Positions 20,381-39,712 of a stretch of 64,000 nt of DNA are shown here, in pieces. Origin of the DNA: the human T2T-CHM13v2.0 reference genome, Homo sapiens. Position 1 is the first letter of the stretch. Each line of letters starts with the position of its first letter. The notes under the pieces are model-generated. The model was given only the letters and a program-made list of their open reading frames with translations, was not told where the DNA came from and made no database searches. The DNA is taken from assembly GCF_009914755.1 (NCBI RefSeq), contig NC_060948.1. One strand, given 5' to 3'. Both the position numbers and the translations under genes were made by a program.

Positions 20381-22475
20381 AGATCCATATTTTTTAAATG
20401 AAAAAAAATTTCAAAGGTACTCTGCTTGGTACAATAATCAAATGTATAAACTGAGGAATAAAACATACCCATGAAACCTACTTATAACTGCATATGGAAA
20501 ATACAGAGGATAATTTTTTAAATAACATATTTTGAAAGCCTTAACTAGTAATTTGAAGAGTTGGCATTTGAAAGGCCAGTATGAATATACCTTCAAAGCA
20601 GCAACACAGGTTCCCCATGAGAAAAAGCAAACACAGGGGAAATAAAAACACAAAGGTTCAATCTCTTCTGACCTTTGAAAGACACAGCACAGACAGTGGT
20701 CCTTAGGACGAAGAGCAGGAGACCCCTAATTCCGTCACCATGGCGATAGGGCATAAACATTGCTGGGTGAGGGCACAATCCACATTGTGAGGTCCAACTG
20801 CTGCCAGGAAGACAGGAGTGCTTTTACATAGACCGAAAGGTCATTGAAGGCTCAGAGTTTTGTTTCAAGAACTGAATCCCAAGCCCACACGTTATTAGGC
20901 TGCGCTTCTTAAAACAAGTTATGAGATGGGAAAATGGCACCCACAAACATACGTATACATTATGTATATAATAATATACAGTATCATATATATAATATAT
21001 ATAACCTATGTATAATATTGTTTTACATCCTGCATCTTATGTTATATATATTGTATAAAATATAATAATTGATAATATATAAGTTTTATAATTATACAAT
21101 ATGACATATAGTATATATTATAATTTATGACATATATAATATATGTTATATATCATATATAGAATATATTATACGGTTAATATACGTATTAAATATAAAT
21201 TATACATTATATATATTATATATAATATATCTGTTATATATAATACCCATTATGCATAATATATATATTATGTCTATGTTATATATAGTATAAAACAACA
21301 TATAATAATATATAATTGTATATATAAAATGCGACATATAATATATATTATATTTTATAACATATGTAATATATATTATATATAATACGTTGTATGTATA
21401 ATACCTATATTAAATATATATTATATGACTATGTTATTAATTACATGTCACATGTGTTATATATTATATATTTTACATAGAATATACCGGTTACATACAA
21501 TATATACTATGTTACCTATAATGTATAATTGATTACATGTAAAATAAAGAATGCAATATATTATGTAAAATTTATAACATACAATATGTGGAATGTGATA
21601 TATATAACATATAATATATGATATATGATATACAGTATATGATATATAACATACAATATATGATTCCTAATATATATGGTATACAATATATATTTTATGA
21701 TATGTATTCTATATGTTTTATATTCTGTTATATATAACTATTTGAAATTACATATAACTGTATAATATTTTATGTAAATATGTAATATAATATATATAAC
21801 TATATAATATATTATATATAACTATATATTATGTTATATATACTTTTATAACATAATTTACATAAAATATCATAATATAATATATATTATATTATTTCAT
21901 ATTACATAATATATATTACATATCACCCAATATAACTAACATACATAATATTATAATATAGATTATATTATGTTATATTAAATATCATATATATCATGTA
22001 TCATATATTCTATAATATATATTACACATTATATAATATGTATGTTGTCTATTATGTGATATATATAACTATATATAATTATATATTTATACATATAACT
22101 AGATAAACATGTAATTCTACATATTTTCATTTATAATATGTAGAATTCTATAATCATATATAATTATTTATATTCTATAAAAAATTTTATCATTATATAA
22201 ATTATAATATATAAAAATTATAATATGTACTACAAATATATATATTATATATCATATATGATATAGTACCTTTGTTATATATCATAATACATATAAATGT
22301 GTATTATGTTATCTATAATTTTATAATTTCATATATAAGATGTATAATATGTATCATATATTATATATGTTATGTAATATATACAGTATATATAAGATGA
22401 CACAGGATAAATATTATATACTATGACATATAAAATATATGAGGTTATATGTTACATATAAGGCATAGCACATAA

Positions 22476-22790
<315 letters not shown>

Positions 22791-24918
22791 AGATCCATAT
22801 TTTTTAAATGAAAAAAAATTTCAAAGGTACTCTGCTTGGTACAATAATCAAATGTATAAACTGAGGAATAAAACATAACCATGAAACCTACTTATAACTG
22901 CATATGGAAAATACAGAGGATAATTTTTTAAATAACATATTTTGAAAGCCTTAACTAGTAATTTGAAGAGTTGGCATTTGAAAGGCCAGTATGAATATAC
23001 CTTCAAAGCAGCAACACAGGTTCCCCATGAGATAAAGCAAACACAGGGGAAATAAAAACACAAAGGTTCAATCTCTTCTGACCTTTGAAAGACACAGCAC
23101 AGACAGTGGTCCTTAGGACGAAGAGCAGGAGACCCCTAATTCCGTCACCATGGCGATAGGGCATAAACATTGCTGGGTGAGGGCACAATCCACATTGTGA
23201 GGTCCAACTGCTGCCAGGAAGACAGGAGTGCTTTTACATAGACCGAAAGGTCATTGAAGGCTCAGAGTTTTGTTTCAAGAACTGAATCCCAAGCCCACAC
23301 GTTATTAGGCTGCGCTTCTTAAAACAAGTTATGAGATGGGAAAAAGGGCACCCACAAACATACGTATACATTATGTATATAATAATATACAGTATCATAT
23401 ATATAATATATATAACCTATGTATAATATTGTTTTACATCCTGCATCTTATGTTATATATATTGTATAAAATATAATAATTGATAATATATAAGTTTTAT
23501 AATTATACAATATGACATATAGTATATATTATAATTTATGACATATATAATATATGTTATATATCATATATAGAATATATTATACGGTTAATATACGTAT
23601 TAAATATAAATTATACATTATATATATTATATATAATATATCTGTTATATATAATACCCATTATGCATAATATATATATTATGTCTATGTTATATATAGT
23701 ATAAAACAACACATAATAATATATAATTGTATATATAAAATGTGACATATAATATATATTATATTTTATAACATATGTAATATATATTATATATTATATA
23801 TAATACGTTGTATGTATAATACCTATATTAAATATATATTATATGACTATGTTATTAATTACATGTCACATGTGTTATATATTATATATTTTACATAGAA
23901 TATACCGGTTACATACAATATATACTATGTTACCTATAATGTATAATTTATTACATGTAAAATAAAGAATGCAATATATTATGTATAATTTATAATATAC
24001 AATATGTGGAATGTGATATATATAACATATAATATATGATATATGATATACAGTATATGATATATAACATACAATATATGATTCCTAATATATATGGTAT
24101 ACAATATATATTTTATGATATGTATTCTATATGTTTTATATTCTGTTATATATAACTATTTGAAATTATATATAACTGTATAATATTTTATGTAAATATG
24201 TATTATAATATATATAACTATATAATATATTATATATAACTATATATTATGTTATATATACTTTTATAACATAATTTACATAAAATATCATAATATAATA
24301 TATATTATATTATTTCATATTACATAATATATATTACATATCACCCAATATAACTAACATACATAATATTATAATATAGATTATATTGTGTTATATTAAA
24401 CATCATATATATCATGTATCATATATTCTATAATATCTATTACACATTATATAATATGTATGTTGTCTATTATGTGATATATATAACTATATATATAATT
24501 ATATTTTTATACATATAACTAGATAAACATGTAATTCTACATATTTTCATTTATAATATGTAGAATTCTATAATCATATATAATTATTTATATTCTATAG
24601 AAAATTTTATCATTATATAAATTATAATATATAAAAATTATAATATGTACTACAAATATATATATTATATATCATATATGATATAGTACCTTTGTTATAT
24701 ATCATAATACATATAAATGTGTATTATGTTTTCTATAATTATATAATTTCATATATAAGATGTATAATATGTATCATATATTATATATGTTATGTAATAT
24801 ATATAGTATATATAAGATGACACAGGATAAATATTATATACTATGACATATAAAATATATGAGGTTATATGTTACATATAAGGCATAGCACATAACATGT
24901 AATATATAACATATATAA

Positions 24919-25210
24919 TTTTTTTTTAGACAGAATCTTGTCCTGTTGCACAGGGTGGGGTACAATGGCGCCATCTTTGCTCACTGCAACTTCTGCCTCA
25001 CGGGTCCAAGCGATTGTCCTCCCTCAGCCTCCCAGGTAGCTGGGACTACACCACACTGGGACTACACCAGCTGCCACCATGCCTAGCTAATTTTTTGGAT
25101 TTTTAGTAGTGACAGCCTTTCACTGTATTGGCCAGGATGGTCTTGATCTCTTCACCTTGTGATCCCCTTGCCTTGGCCTCCAAATTTGCTGGGATTACAG
25201 GCCTGAGCCA
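24919..25210 (-). mobile_element. Alu in satellite unit 11
   Basis: Copy of 738-1029. Confidence 0.95.
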
Positions 25211-27335
25211 AGATCCATATTTTTTAAATGAAAAAAAATTTCAAAGGTACTCTGCTTGGTACAATAATCAAATGTATAAACTGAGGAATAAAACATAACC
25301 ATGAAACCTACTTATAACTGCATATGGAAAATACAGAGGATAATTTTTTAAATAACATATTTTGAAAGCCTTAACTAGTAATTTGAAGAGTTGGCATTTG
25401 AAAGGCCAGTATGAATATACCTTCAAAGCAGCAACACAGGTTCCCCATGAGAAAAAGCAAACACAGGGAAAATAAAAACACAAAGGTTCAATCTCTTCTG
25501 ACCTTTGAAAGACACAGCACAGACAGTGGTCCTTAGGACGAAGAGCAGGAGACCCCTAATTCCGTCACCATGGCGATAGGGCATAAACATTGCTGGGTGA
25601 GGGCACAATCCACATTGTGAGGTCCAACTGCTGCCAGGAAGACAGGAGTGCTTTTACATAGACCGAAAGGTCATTGAAGGCTCAGAGTTTTGTTTCAAGA
25701 ACTGAATCCCAAGCCCACACGTTATTAGGCTGCGCTTCTTAAAACAAGTTATAACATGGGAAAAAGGGCACCCACAAACATACGTATACATTATGTATAT
25801 AATAATATACAGTATCATATATATAATATATATAACCTATGTATAATATAGTTTTACATCCTGCATCTTATGTTATATATATTGTATAAAATATAATAAT
25901 TGATAATATATAAGTTTTATAATTATACAATATGACATATAGTATATATTATAATTTATGACATATATAATATATGTTATATATCATATATAGAATATAT
26001 TATACGGTTAATATACGTATTAAATATAAATTATACATTATATATATTATATATAATATATCTGTTATATATAATACCCATTATGCATAATATATATATT
26101 ATGTCTATGTTATATATAGTATAAAACAACATATAATAATATATAATTGTATATATAAAATGCGACATATAATATATATTATATTTTATAACATATGTAA
26201 TATATATTATATATTATATATAATACGTTGTATGTATAATACCTATATTAAATATATATTATATGACTATGTTATAATTACATGTCACATGTGTTATATA
26301 TTATATAATTTACATAGAATATACCGGTTACATACAATATATACTATGTTACCTATAATGTATAATTTATTACATGTAAAATAAAGAATGCAATATATTA
26401 TGTAAAATTTATAATATACAATATGTGGAATGTGATATATATAACATATAATATATGATATATGATATACAGTATATGATATATAACATACAATATATGA
26501 TTCCTAATATATATGGTATACAATATATATTTTATGATATGTATTCTATATGTTTTATATTCTGATATATATAACTATTTGAAATTATATATAACTGTAT
26601 AATATTTTATGTAAATATGTAATATAATATATATAACTATATAATATATTATATATAACTATATATTATGTTATATATACTTTTATAACATAATTTACAT
26701 AAAATATCATAATATAATATATATTATATTATTTCATATTACATAATATATATTACATATCACCCAATATAACTAACATACATAATATTATAATATAGAT
26801 TATATTATGTTATATTAAATATCATATATATCATGTATCATATATTCTATAATATATATTACACATTATATAATATGTATGTTGTCTATTATGTGATATA
26901 TATAACTATATATATAATTATATTTTTATGTGTAAGTAGATAAACATGTAATTCTACATATTTTCATTTATAATATGTAGAATTATATAATCATATATAA
27001 TTATTTATATTCTATAAAAAATTTGATCATTATATAAATTATAATATATAAAAATTATAATATGTACTACAAATATATATATTATATATCATATATGATA
27101 TAGTACCTTTGTTATATATCATAATACATATAAATGTGTATTATGTTATCCATAATTATATAATTTCATATATAAGATGTATAATATGTATCATATATTA
27201 TATATGTTATGTAATATATATAGTATATATAAGATGACACAGGATAAATATTATATACTATGACATATAAAATATATGAGGTTATATGTTACATATAAGG
27301 CATAGCACATAACATGTAATATATATCATATATAA

Positions 27336-27627
27336 TTTTTTTTTAGACAGAATCTTGTCCTGTTGCACAGGGTGGGGTACAATGGCGCCATCTGTGCTCA
27401 CTGCAACTTCTGCCTCACGGGTCCAAGCGATTGTCCTCCCTCAGCCTCCCAGGTAGCTGGGACTACACCACACTGGGACTACACCAGCTGCCACCATGTC
27501 TAGCTAATTTTTTGGATTTTTTGTAGTGACAGCCTTTCACTGTATTGGCCAGGATGGTCTTGATCTCTTCACCTTGTGATCCCCTTGCCTTGGCCTCCAA
27601 ATTTGCTGGGATTACAGGCCTGAGCCA
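27336..27627 (-). mobile_element. Alu in satellite unit 12
   Basis: Copy of 738-1029. Confidence 0.95.
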
Positions 27628-29746
27628 AGATCCATATTTTTTAAATGAAAAAAAATTTCAAAGGTACTCTGCTTGGTACAATAATCAAATGTATAAACTG
27701 AGGAATAAAACATAACCATGAAACCTACTTATAACTGCATATGGAAAATACAGAGGATAATTTTTTAAATAACATATTTTGAAAGCCTTAACTAGTAATT
27801 TGAAGAGTTGGCATTTGAAAGGCCAGTATGAATATACCTTCAAAGCAGCAACACAGGTTCCCCATGAGAAAAAGCAAACACAGGGAAAATAAAAACACAA
27901 AGGTTCAATCTCTTCTGACCTTTGAAAGACACAGCACAGACAGTGGTCCTTAGGACGAAGAGCAGGAGACCCCTAATTCCGTCACCATGGCGATAGGGAA
28001 TAAACATTGCTGGGTGAGGGCACAATCCACATTGTGAGGTCCAACTGCTGCCAGGAAGACAGGAGTGCTTTTATATAGACCGAAAGGTCATTGAAGGCTC
28101 AGAGTTTTGTTTCAAGAACTGAATCCCAAGCCCACACGTTATTAGGCTGCGCTTCTTAAAACAAGTTATGAGATGGGAAAAAGGGCACCCACAAACATAC
28201 GTATACATTATGTATATAATAATATACAGTATCATATATATAATATATATAACCTATGTATAATATTGTTTTACATCCTGCATCTTATGTTATATATATT
28301 GTATAAAATATAAGAATTGATAATATATAAGTTTTATAATTATACAATATGACATATAGTATATATTATAATTTATGACATATATAATATATGTTATATA
28401 TCATATATAGAATATATTATACGGTTAATATACGTATTAAATATAAATTATACATTATATATATTATATATAATATATCTGTTATATATAATACCCATTA
28501 TGTATAATATATATATTATGTCTATGTTATATATAGTATAAAACAACATATAATAATATATAATTGTATATATAAAATGCGACATATAATATATATTATA
28601 TTTTATAACATATGTAATATATATTATATATAATATGTTGTATGTATAATACCTATATTAAATATATATTATATGACTATGTTATTAATTACATGTTACA
28701 TGTGTTATATATTATATATTTTACATAGAATATACCGGTTACATACAATATATACTATGTTACCTATAATGTATAATTTATTACATGTAAAATAAAGAAT
28801 GCAATATATTATGTATAATTTATAATATAGAATATGTGGAATGTGATATATATAACATATAATATATGATATATGATATACAGTATATGATATATAACAT
28901 ACAATATATGATTCCTAATATATATGGTATACAATATATATTTTATGATATGTATTCTATATGTTTTATATTCTGTTATATATAACTATTTGAAATTATA
29001 TATAACTGTATAATATTTTATGTAAATATGTAATATAATATATATAACTATATAATATATTATATATAACTATATATTATGTTATATATACTTTTATAAC
29101 ATAATTTACATAAAATATCATAATATAATATATACTATATTATTTCATATTACATAATATATATTACATATCACCCAATATAACTAACATACATAATATT
29201 ATAATATAGATTATATTATGTTATATTAAATATCATATATATCATGTATCATATATTCTATAATATATATTACACATTATATAATATGTATGTTGTCTAT
29301 TATGTGATATATATAACTATATATAATTATATTTTTATACATATAACTAGATAAACATGTAATTCTACATATTTTCATTTATAATATGTAGAATTCTATA
29401 ATCATATATAATTATTTATATTCTATAAAAAATTTTATCATTATATAAATTATAATATATAAAAATTATAATATGTACTACAAATATATATATTATATAT
29501 CCTATATGATATAGTACCTTTGTTATATATCATAATACATATAAATGTGTATTATGTTTTCTATAATTATATAATTTCATATATAAGATGTATAATATGT
29601 ATCATATATTATATATGTTATGTAATATAATTAGTATATATAAGATGACACAGGCTAAATATTATATACTATGACATATAAAATATATGAGGTTATATGT
29701 TACATATAAGGCATAGCACATAACATGTAATATATATCATATATAA

Positions 29747-30038
29747 TTTTTTTTTAGACAGAATCTTGTCCTGTTGCACAGGGTGGGGTACAATGGCGCC
29801 ATCTTTGCTCACTGCAATTTCTGCCTCACGGGTCCAAGCGATTGTCCTCCCTCAGCCTCCCAGGTAGCTGGGACTACACCACACTGGGACTACACCAGCT
29901 GCCACCATGCCTAGCTAATTTTTTGGATTTTTAGTAGTGACAGACTTTCACTGTATTGGCCAGGATGGTCTTGATCTCTTCACCTTGTGATCCCCTTGCC
30001 TTGGCCTCCAAATTTGCTGGGATTACAGGCCTGAGCCA
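29747..30038 (-). mobile_element. Alu in satellite unit 13
   Basis: Copy of 738-1029. Confidence 0.95.
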
Positions 30039-32141
30039 AGATCCATATTTTTTAAATGAAAAAAAATTTCAAAGGTACTTTGCTTGGTACAATAATCAAA
30101 TGTATAAACTGAGGAATAAAACATACCCATGAAACCTACTTATAACTGCATATGGAAAATACAGAGGATAATTTTTTAAATAACATATTTTGAAAGCCTT
30201 AACTAGTAATTTGAAGAGTTGGCATTTGAAAGGCCAGTATGAATATACCTTCAAAGCAGCAACACAGGTTCCCCATGAGAAAAAGCAAACACAGGGAAAA
30301 TAAAAACACAAAGGTTCAATCTCTTCTGACCTTTGAAAGACACAGCACAGACAGTGGTCCTTAGGACGAAGAGCAGGAGACCCCTAATTCCGTCACCATG
30401 GCGATAGGGCATAAACATTGCTGGGTGAGGGCACAATCCACATTGTGAGGTCCAACTGCTGCCAGGAAGACAGGCGTGCTTTTACATAGACCGAAAGGTC
30501 ATTGAAGGCTCAGAGTTTTGTTTCAAGAACTGAATCCCAAGCCCACACGTTATTAGGCTGCGCTTCTTAAAACAAGTTATAACATGGGAAAAAGGGCACC
30601 CACAAACATACGTATACATTATGTATATAATAATATACAGTATCATATATATAATATATATAACCTATGTATAATATAGTTTTACATCCTGCATCTTATG
30701 TTATATATATTGTATAAAATATAATAATTGATAATATATAAGTTTTATAATTATACAATATGACATATAGTATATATTATAATTTATGACATATATAATA
30801 TATGTTATATATCATATATAGAATATATTATACGGTTAATATACGTATTAAATATAAATTATACATTATATATATTATATATAATATATCTGTTATATAT
30901 AATACCCATTATGCATAATATATATATTATGTCTATGTTATATATAGTATAAAACAATATATAATAATATATAATTGTATATATAAAATGCGACATATAA
31001 TATATATTATATTTTATATCATATGTAATATATATTATATATTATATATAATACGTTGTATGTATAATACCTATATTAAATATATATTATATGACTATGT
31101 TATTAATTACATGTCACATGTGTTATATATTATATAATTTACATAGAATATACCGGTTACATACAATATATACTATGTTACCTATAATGTATAATTTATT
31201 ACATGTAAAATAAAGAATGCAATATATTATGTAAAATTTATAATATACAATATGTGGAATGTGATATATATAACATATAATATATGATATATGATATACA
31301 GTATATGATATATAACATACAATATATGATTCCTAATATATATGGTATACAATATATATTTTATGATATGTATTCTATATGTTTTATATTCTGTTATATA
31401 TAACTATTTGAAATTATATATAACTGTATAATATTTTATGTAAATATGTAATATAATATATATAACTATATAATATATTATATATAACTATATATTATGT
31501 TATATATACTTTTATAACATAATTTACATAAAATATCATAATATAATATATATTATATTATTTCATATTACATAATATATATTACATATCACCCAATATA
31601 ACTAACATACATAATATTATAATATAGATTATATTATGTTATATTAAATATCATATATATCATGTATCATATATTCTATAATATATATTACACATTATAT
31701 AATATGTATGTTGTCTATTATGTGATATATATAACTATATATATAATTATATTTTTATGTATAAGTAGATAAACATGTAATTCTACATATTTTCATTTAT
31801 AATATGTAGAATTATATAATCATATATAATTATTTATATTCTATAAAAAATTTGATCATTATATAAATTATAATATATAAAAATTATAATATGTAATACA
31901 AATATATATATTATATATCATATATGATATAGTACCTTTGTTATATATCATAATACATATAAATGTGTATTATGTTATCTATAATTATATAATTTCATAT
32001 ATAAGATGTATAATATGTATCATATATTATATAAGTTATGTAATATATATAGTATATATAAGATGACACAGGATAAATATTATATACTATGACATATAAA
32101 ATATATTAGGTTATATGTTACATATAAGGCATAGCACATAA

Positions 32142-32456
<315 letters not shown>

Positions 32457-34561
32457 AGATCCATATTTTTTAAATGAAAAAAAATTTCAAAGGTACTCTG
32501 CTTGGTACAATAATCAAATGTATAAACTGAGGAATAAAACATAACCATGAAACCTACTTATAACTGCATATGGAAAATACAGAGGATAATTTTTTAAATA
32601 ACATATTTTGAAAGCCTTAACTAGTAATTTGAAGAGTTGGCATTTGAAAGGCCAGTATGAATATACCTTCAAAGCAGCAACACAGGTTCCCGATGAGAAA
32701 AACCAAACTCAGGGAAAATAAAAACACAAAGGTTCAATCTCTTCTGACCTTTGAAAGACACAGCACAGACAGTGGTCCTTAGGACGAAGAGCAGGAGACC
32801 CCTAATTCCGTCACCATGGCGATAGGGCATAAACATTGCTGGGTGAGGGCACAATCCACATTGTGAGGTCCAACTGCTGCCAGGAAGACAGGAGTGCTTT
32901 TACATAGACCGAAAGGTCATTGAAGGCTCAGAGTTTTGTTTCAAGAACTGAATCCCAAGCCCACACGTTATTAGGCTGCGCTTCTTAAAACAAGTTATGA
33001 GATGGGAAAAAGGGCACCCACAAACATACGTATACATTATGTATATAATAATATACAGTATCATATATATAATATATATAACCTATGTATAATATTGTTT
33101 TACATCCTGCATCTTATATTATATATATTGTATAAAATATAATAATTGATAATATATAACGTTTATATTTATACAATATGACATATAGTATATATTATAA
33201 TTTATGACATATATAATATATGTTATATATCATATATAGAATATATTATACAGTTAATATACGTATTAAATATAAATTATACATTATATATATTATATAT
33301 AATATATCTGTTATATATAATACCCATTATGCATAATATATATATTATGTCTATGTTATATATAGTATAAAACAACATATAATAATATATAATTGTATAT
33401 ATAAAATGCGACATATAATATATATTATATTTTATGACATATGTAATATATATTATATATTATATATAATACGTTGTATGTATAATACCTATGTTAAATA
33501 TATATTATATGACTATGTTATTAATTACATGTCACATATGTTATATATTATATATTTTACATAGAATATACCGGTTACATACTATATATACTATGTTACC
33601 TATAATGTATAATTGATTACATGTAAAATAAAGAATGCAATATATTATGTATAATTTATAATATACAATATGTGGAATGTGATATATATAACATATAATA
33701 TATGATATATGATATACAGTATATGATATATAACAGACAAAATATGATACCTAATATATATGGTATACAATATATATTTTATCATATGTATACTATATGT
33801 TTTATATTCTGTTATATATAACTATTTGAAATTATATATAACTGTATAATATTTTATGTAAATATGTAATATAATATATATAACTATATAATATATTATA
33901 TATAACTACATATTATGTTATATATACTTTTATAACATAATTTACATAAAATGTCATAATATAATATATAATATATTATTTCATATTACATAATATATAT
34001 TACATATCACCCAATATAAGTAACATACATAATATTATAATATAGATTATATTATGTTATATTAAATATCATATATATCATGTACCATATATTCTATAAT
34101 ATATATTACACATTATATAATATGTATGTTGTCTATTATGTCATACATATAACTCTATATATAATTATATTATTATACATATAACTAGATAAACATGAAA
34201 TTCTACATATTTTCATTTATAATATATAGAATTATATAATCATATATAATTATTTATATTCTATAAAAAATTATATCATTATATAAATTATAATATATAA
34301 AAATTTTAATATGTACTACAAATATATATATTATATATCATATATGATATAGTACCTTTGTTATATATCATAATACATATAAATGTGTATTATGTTATCT
34401 ACAATTATATAATTTCATATATAAGATATATAATATGTATTATATATTGTATATGTTATGTAATATATATAGTATATATAAGCTGACACAGGATAAATAT
34501 TATATACTATGACATATAAAATATATGAGGTTATATGTTACATATAAGGCATAGCACATAA

Positions 34562-34876
<315 letters not shown>

Positions 34877-37003
34877 AGATCCATATTTTTTAAATGAAAA
34901 AAAATTTCAAAGGTACTCTGCTTGGTACAATAATCAAATGTATAAACTGAGGAATAAAACATAACCATGAAACCTACTTATAACTGCATATGGAAAATAC
35001 AGAGGATAATTTTTTAAATAACATACTTTGAAAGCCTTAACTAGTAATTTGAAGAGTTGGCATTTGAAAGGCCAGTATGAATATACCTTCAAAGCAGCAA
35101 CACAGGTTCCCCATGAGAAAAAGCAAACTCAGGGAAAATAAAACCACAAAGGTTCAATCTCTTCTGACCTTTGAAAGACACAGCACAGACAGTGGTCCTT
35201 AGGACGAAGAGCAGGAGACCCCTAATTCCGTCACCATGGCGATAGGGCATAAACATTGCTGGGTGAGGGCACAATCCACATTGAGAGGTCCAACTGCTGC
35301 CAGGAAGACAGGAGTGCTTTTACATAGACCGAAAGGTCATTGAAGGCTCAGAGTTTTGTTTCAAGAACTGAATCCCAAGCCCACACGTTATTAGGCTGCG
35401 CTTCTTAAAACAAGTTATGAGATGGGAAAAAGGGCACCCACAAACATACGTATACATTATGTATATAATAATATACAGTATCATATATATAATATATATA
35501 ACCTATGTATAATATTGTTTTACATCCTGCATCTTATATTATATATATTGTATAAAATATAAAATTCATAATACATAACGTTTATATTTATACAATATGA
35601 CATATAGTATATATTATAATTTATGACATATATAATATATGTTATATATCATATATAGAATATATTATACGGTTAATATACGTATTAAATATAAATTATA
35701 CATTATATATATTATATAAAATATATCTGTTATATATAATACCCTTTCTGCATAATATATATATTATGTCTATGTTATATATAGTATAAAACAACATATA
35801 ATAATATATAATTGTATATATAAAATGCGACATATAATATATATTATATTTTATGACATATGTAATATATATTATATATTATATATAATACGTTGTATGT
35901 ATAATACCTATATTAAATATATATTATATGACTATGTTATTAATTACATGTCACATGTGTTATATATTATATATTTTACATAGAATATACCGGTTACATA
36001 CAATATATACTATGTTACCTATAATGTATAATTGATTACATGTAAAATAAAGAATGCAATATATTATGTATAATTTATAATATACAATATGTGGAATGTG
36101 ATATATATAACATATAATATATGATATATGATATACAGTATATGATATATAACACACAATATATGATACCTAATATATATGGTATACAATATATATTTTA
36201 TGATATGTATTCTGTATGTTTTATATTCTGTTATATATAACTATTTGAAATTATATATAACTGTATAATATTTTATGTAAATATGTAATAAAATATATAT
36301 AACTATATAATATATTATATATAACTATATATTATGTTATATATACTTTTATAACATAATTTACATTAAATATCATAATATAATATATATTATATTATTT
36401 CACATTACATAATATATATTACATATCAACCAATATAAGTAGCATACATAATATTATAATATAGATTATATTATGTTATATTAAATATCATATATATCAT
36501 GTATCATATATTCTATAATATATATTACACATTATATAATATGTATGTTGTCTATTATGTGATATATATAACTATATATATAATTATATTATTATACATA
36601 TAACTAGATAAACATGAAATTCTACATATTTTCATTTATAATATATAGAATTATATAATCATATATAATAATTTATATTCTATAAAAAATTATATCATTA
36701 TATAAATTATAATATATAAAAATTATAATATGTACTACAAATATATATATTATATATCATATATGATATAGTACCTTTGTTATATATCATAATACATATA
36801 AATGTGTATTATGTTATCTACAATTATATAATTTCATATATAAGATATATAATATGTATTATATATTGTATATGTTATGTAATATATATAGTATATATAA
36901 GCTGACACAGGATAAATATTATATACTATGACATATAAAATATATGAGGTTATATGTTACATATAAGGCATAGCACATAACATGTAATATATATCATATA
37001 TAA

Positions 37004-37295
<292 letters not shown>

Positions 37296-39391
37296 AGATC
37301 CATATTTTGTAAATGAAAAACAATTTCGAAGGTACTCTGCTTGGTACAATAATCAAATGTATAAACTGAGGAATGAAACATAACCATGAAACCTACTTAT
37401 AACTGCATATGGAAAATACAGAGGATAATTTTTTAAATAACATATTTTGAAAGCCTTAACTAGTAATTTGAAGAGTTGGCATTTGAAAGGCCAGTATGAA
37501 TATACCTTCAAAGCAGCAACACAGGTTCCCCATGAGAAAAAGCAAACTCAGGGAAAATAAAACCACAAAGGTTCAATCTCTTCTGACCTTTGAAAGACAC
37601 AGCACAGACAGTGGTCCTTAGGACGAAGAGCAGGAGACCCCTAATTCCGTCACCATGGCGATAGGGCATAAACATTGCTGGGTGAGGGCACAATCCACAT
37701 TATGAGGTCCAACTGCTGCCAGGAAGACAGGAGTGCTTTTACATAGACCGAAAGGTCATTGAAGGCTCAGAGTTTTGTTTCAAGAACTGAATCCCAAGCC
37801 CACATGTTATTAGGCTGCGCTTCTTAAAACAAGTTATGAGATGGGAAAAAGGGCACCCACAAACATACGTATACATTATGTATATAATAATATACAGTAT
37901 CATATATATAATATATATAAACTATGTATAATATTGTTTTACATCCTGCATCTTATATTATATATATTGTCTAAAATATAATAATTGATAATATATAAGT
38001 TTTATATTTATACAATATGACATATAGTATATATTATAATTTATGACATATATAATATATGTTATATATCATATATAGAATATATTATACGGTTAATATA
38101 CGTATTAAATATAAATTATACATTATATATATTATATATAATATAACTGTTATATATAATACCCATTATGCATAATATATATATTATGTCTATGTTATAT
38201 ATAGTATAAAACAACATATAATAATATATAATTGTATATATAAAATGCGACATATAATATATATTTTATTTAATGACATATGTAATATATATTATATGTT
38301 ATATATAATATGTTGTATGTATAATACCTATATTAAATATATATTATATGACTATGTTATTAATTACATGTCACATATGTTATATATTATATATTTTACA
38401 TAGAATATACCGGTTAGATACAATATATACTATGTTACCTATAATGTATAATTGATTACATGTAAAATAAAGAATGCAATATATTATGTATAATTTATAA
38501 TATACAATATGTGGAATGTGATATATATAACATAGAATATATGATATATGATATATAGTATATGATATATAACATACAATATATGATACCTAGTATATAT
38601 GGTATACAATATATATTTTATGATATGTATTCTATATGTTTTATATTCTGTTATATATAACTATTTGAAATTATATATAACTGTATAATATTTTATGTAA
38701 ATATGTAATATAATATATATAACTATATAATATATTATATATAACTATATATTATGTTATATATACTTTTATATCATAATTTACATAAAATGTCATAATA
38801 TAATATATATTATACTATTTCATATTACATAATATATATTACATATCACCCAATATAAGTAACATACATAATATTATAATATAGATTATATTATGTTATG
38901 TTAAATATCATATATATCATGTATCATATATTCTATAATATATATTATACATAATATAATATGTATGTTGTCTATTATGTGATATATATAACTATATATT
39001 ATTATATTATTATACATATAACTAGATAAACATGTAATTCTACATATTTTCATTTATAATATATAGAATTATATAATCATATATAATTATTTATATTCTA
39101 TAAAAAATTATATCATTATATAAATTATAATATAAAAAAATTATAATATGTACTACAAATATATATATTATATATCATATATGATATAGTACCTTTGTTA
39201 TATATCATAATACATATAAATGTGTATTATGACATCTATAATTATATAATTTCATATATAAGATGTATAATATGTATTATATATTGTATATGTTATGTAA
39301 TATATATAGTATATATAAGCTGACACAGGTTAAATATTATATACTATGACATATAAAATATATGAGGTTATATGTTACATATAAGGCATAG

Positions 39392-39712
<321 letters not shown>

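Noticed and set aside
26160-26384. Tyr/Ile-rich ORFs (also at 35960, 45629 and 62417)
   Set aside because: Translations of TA-rich low-complexity DNA, opened by chance point changes
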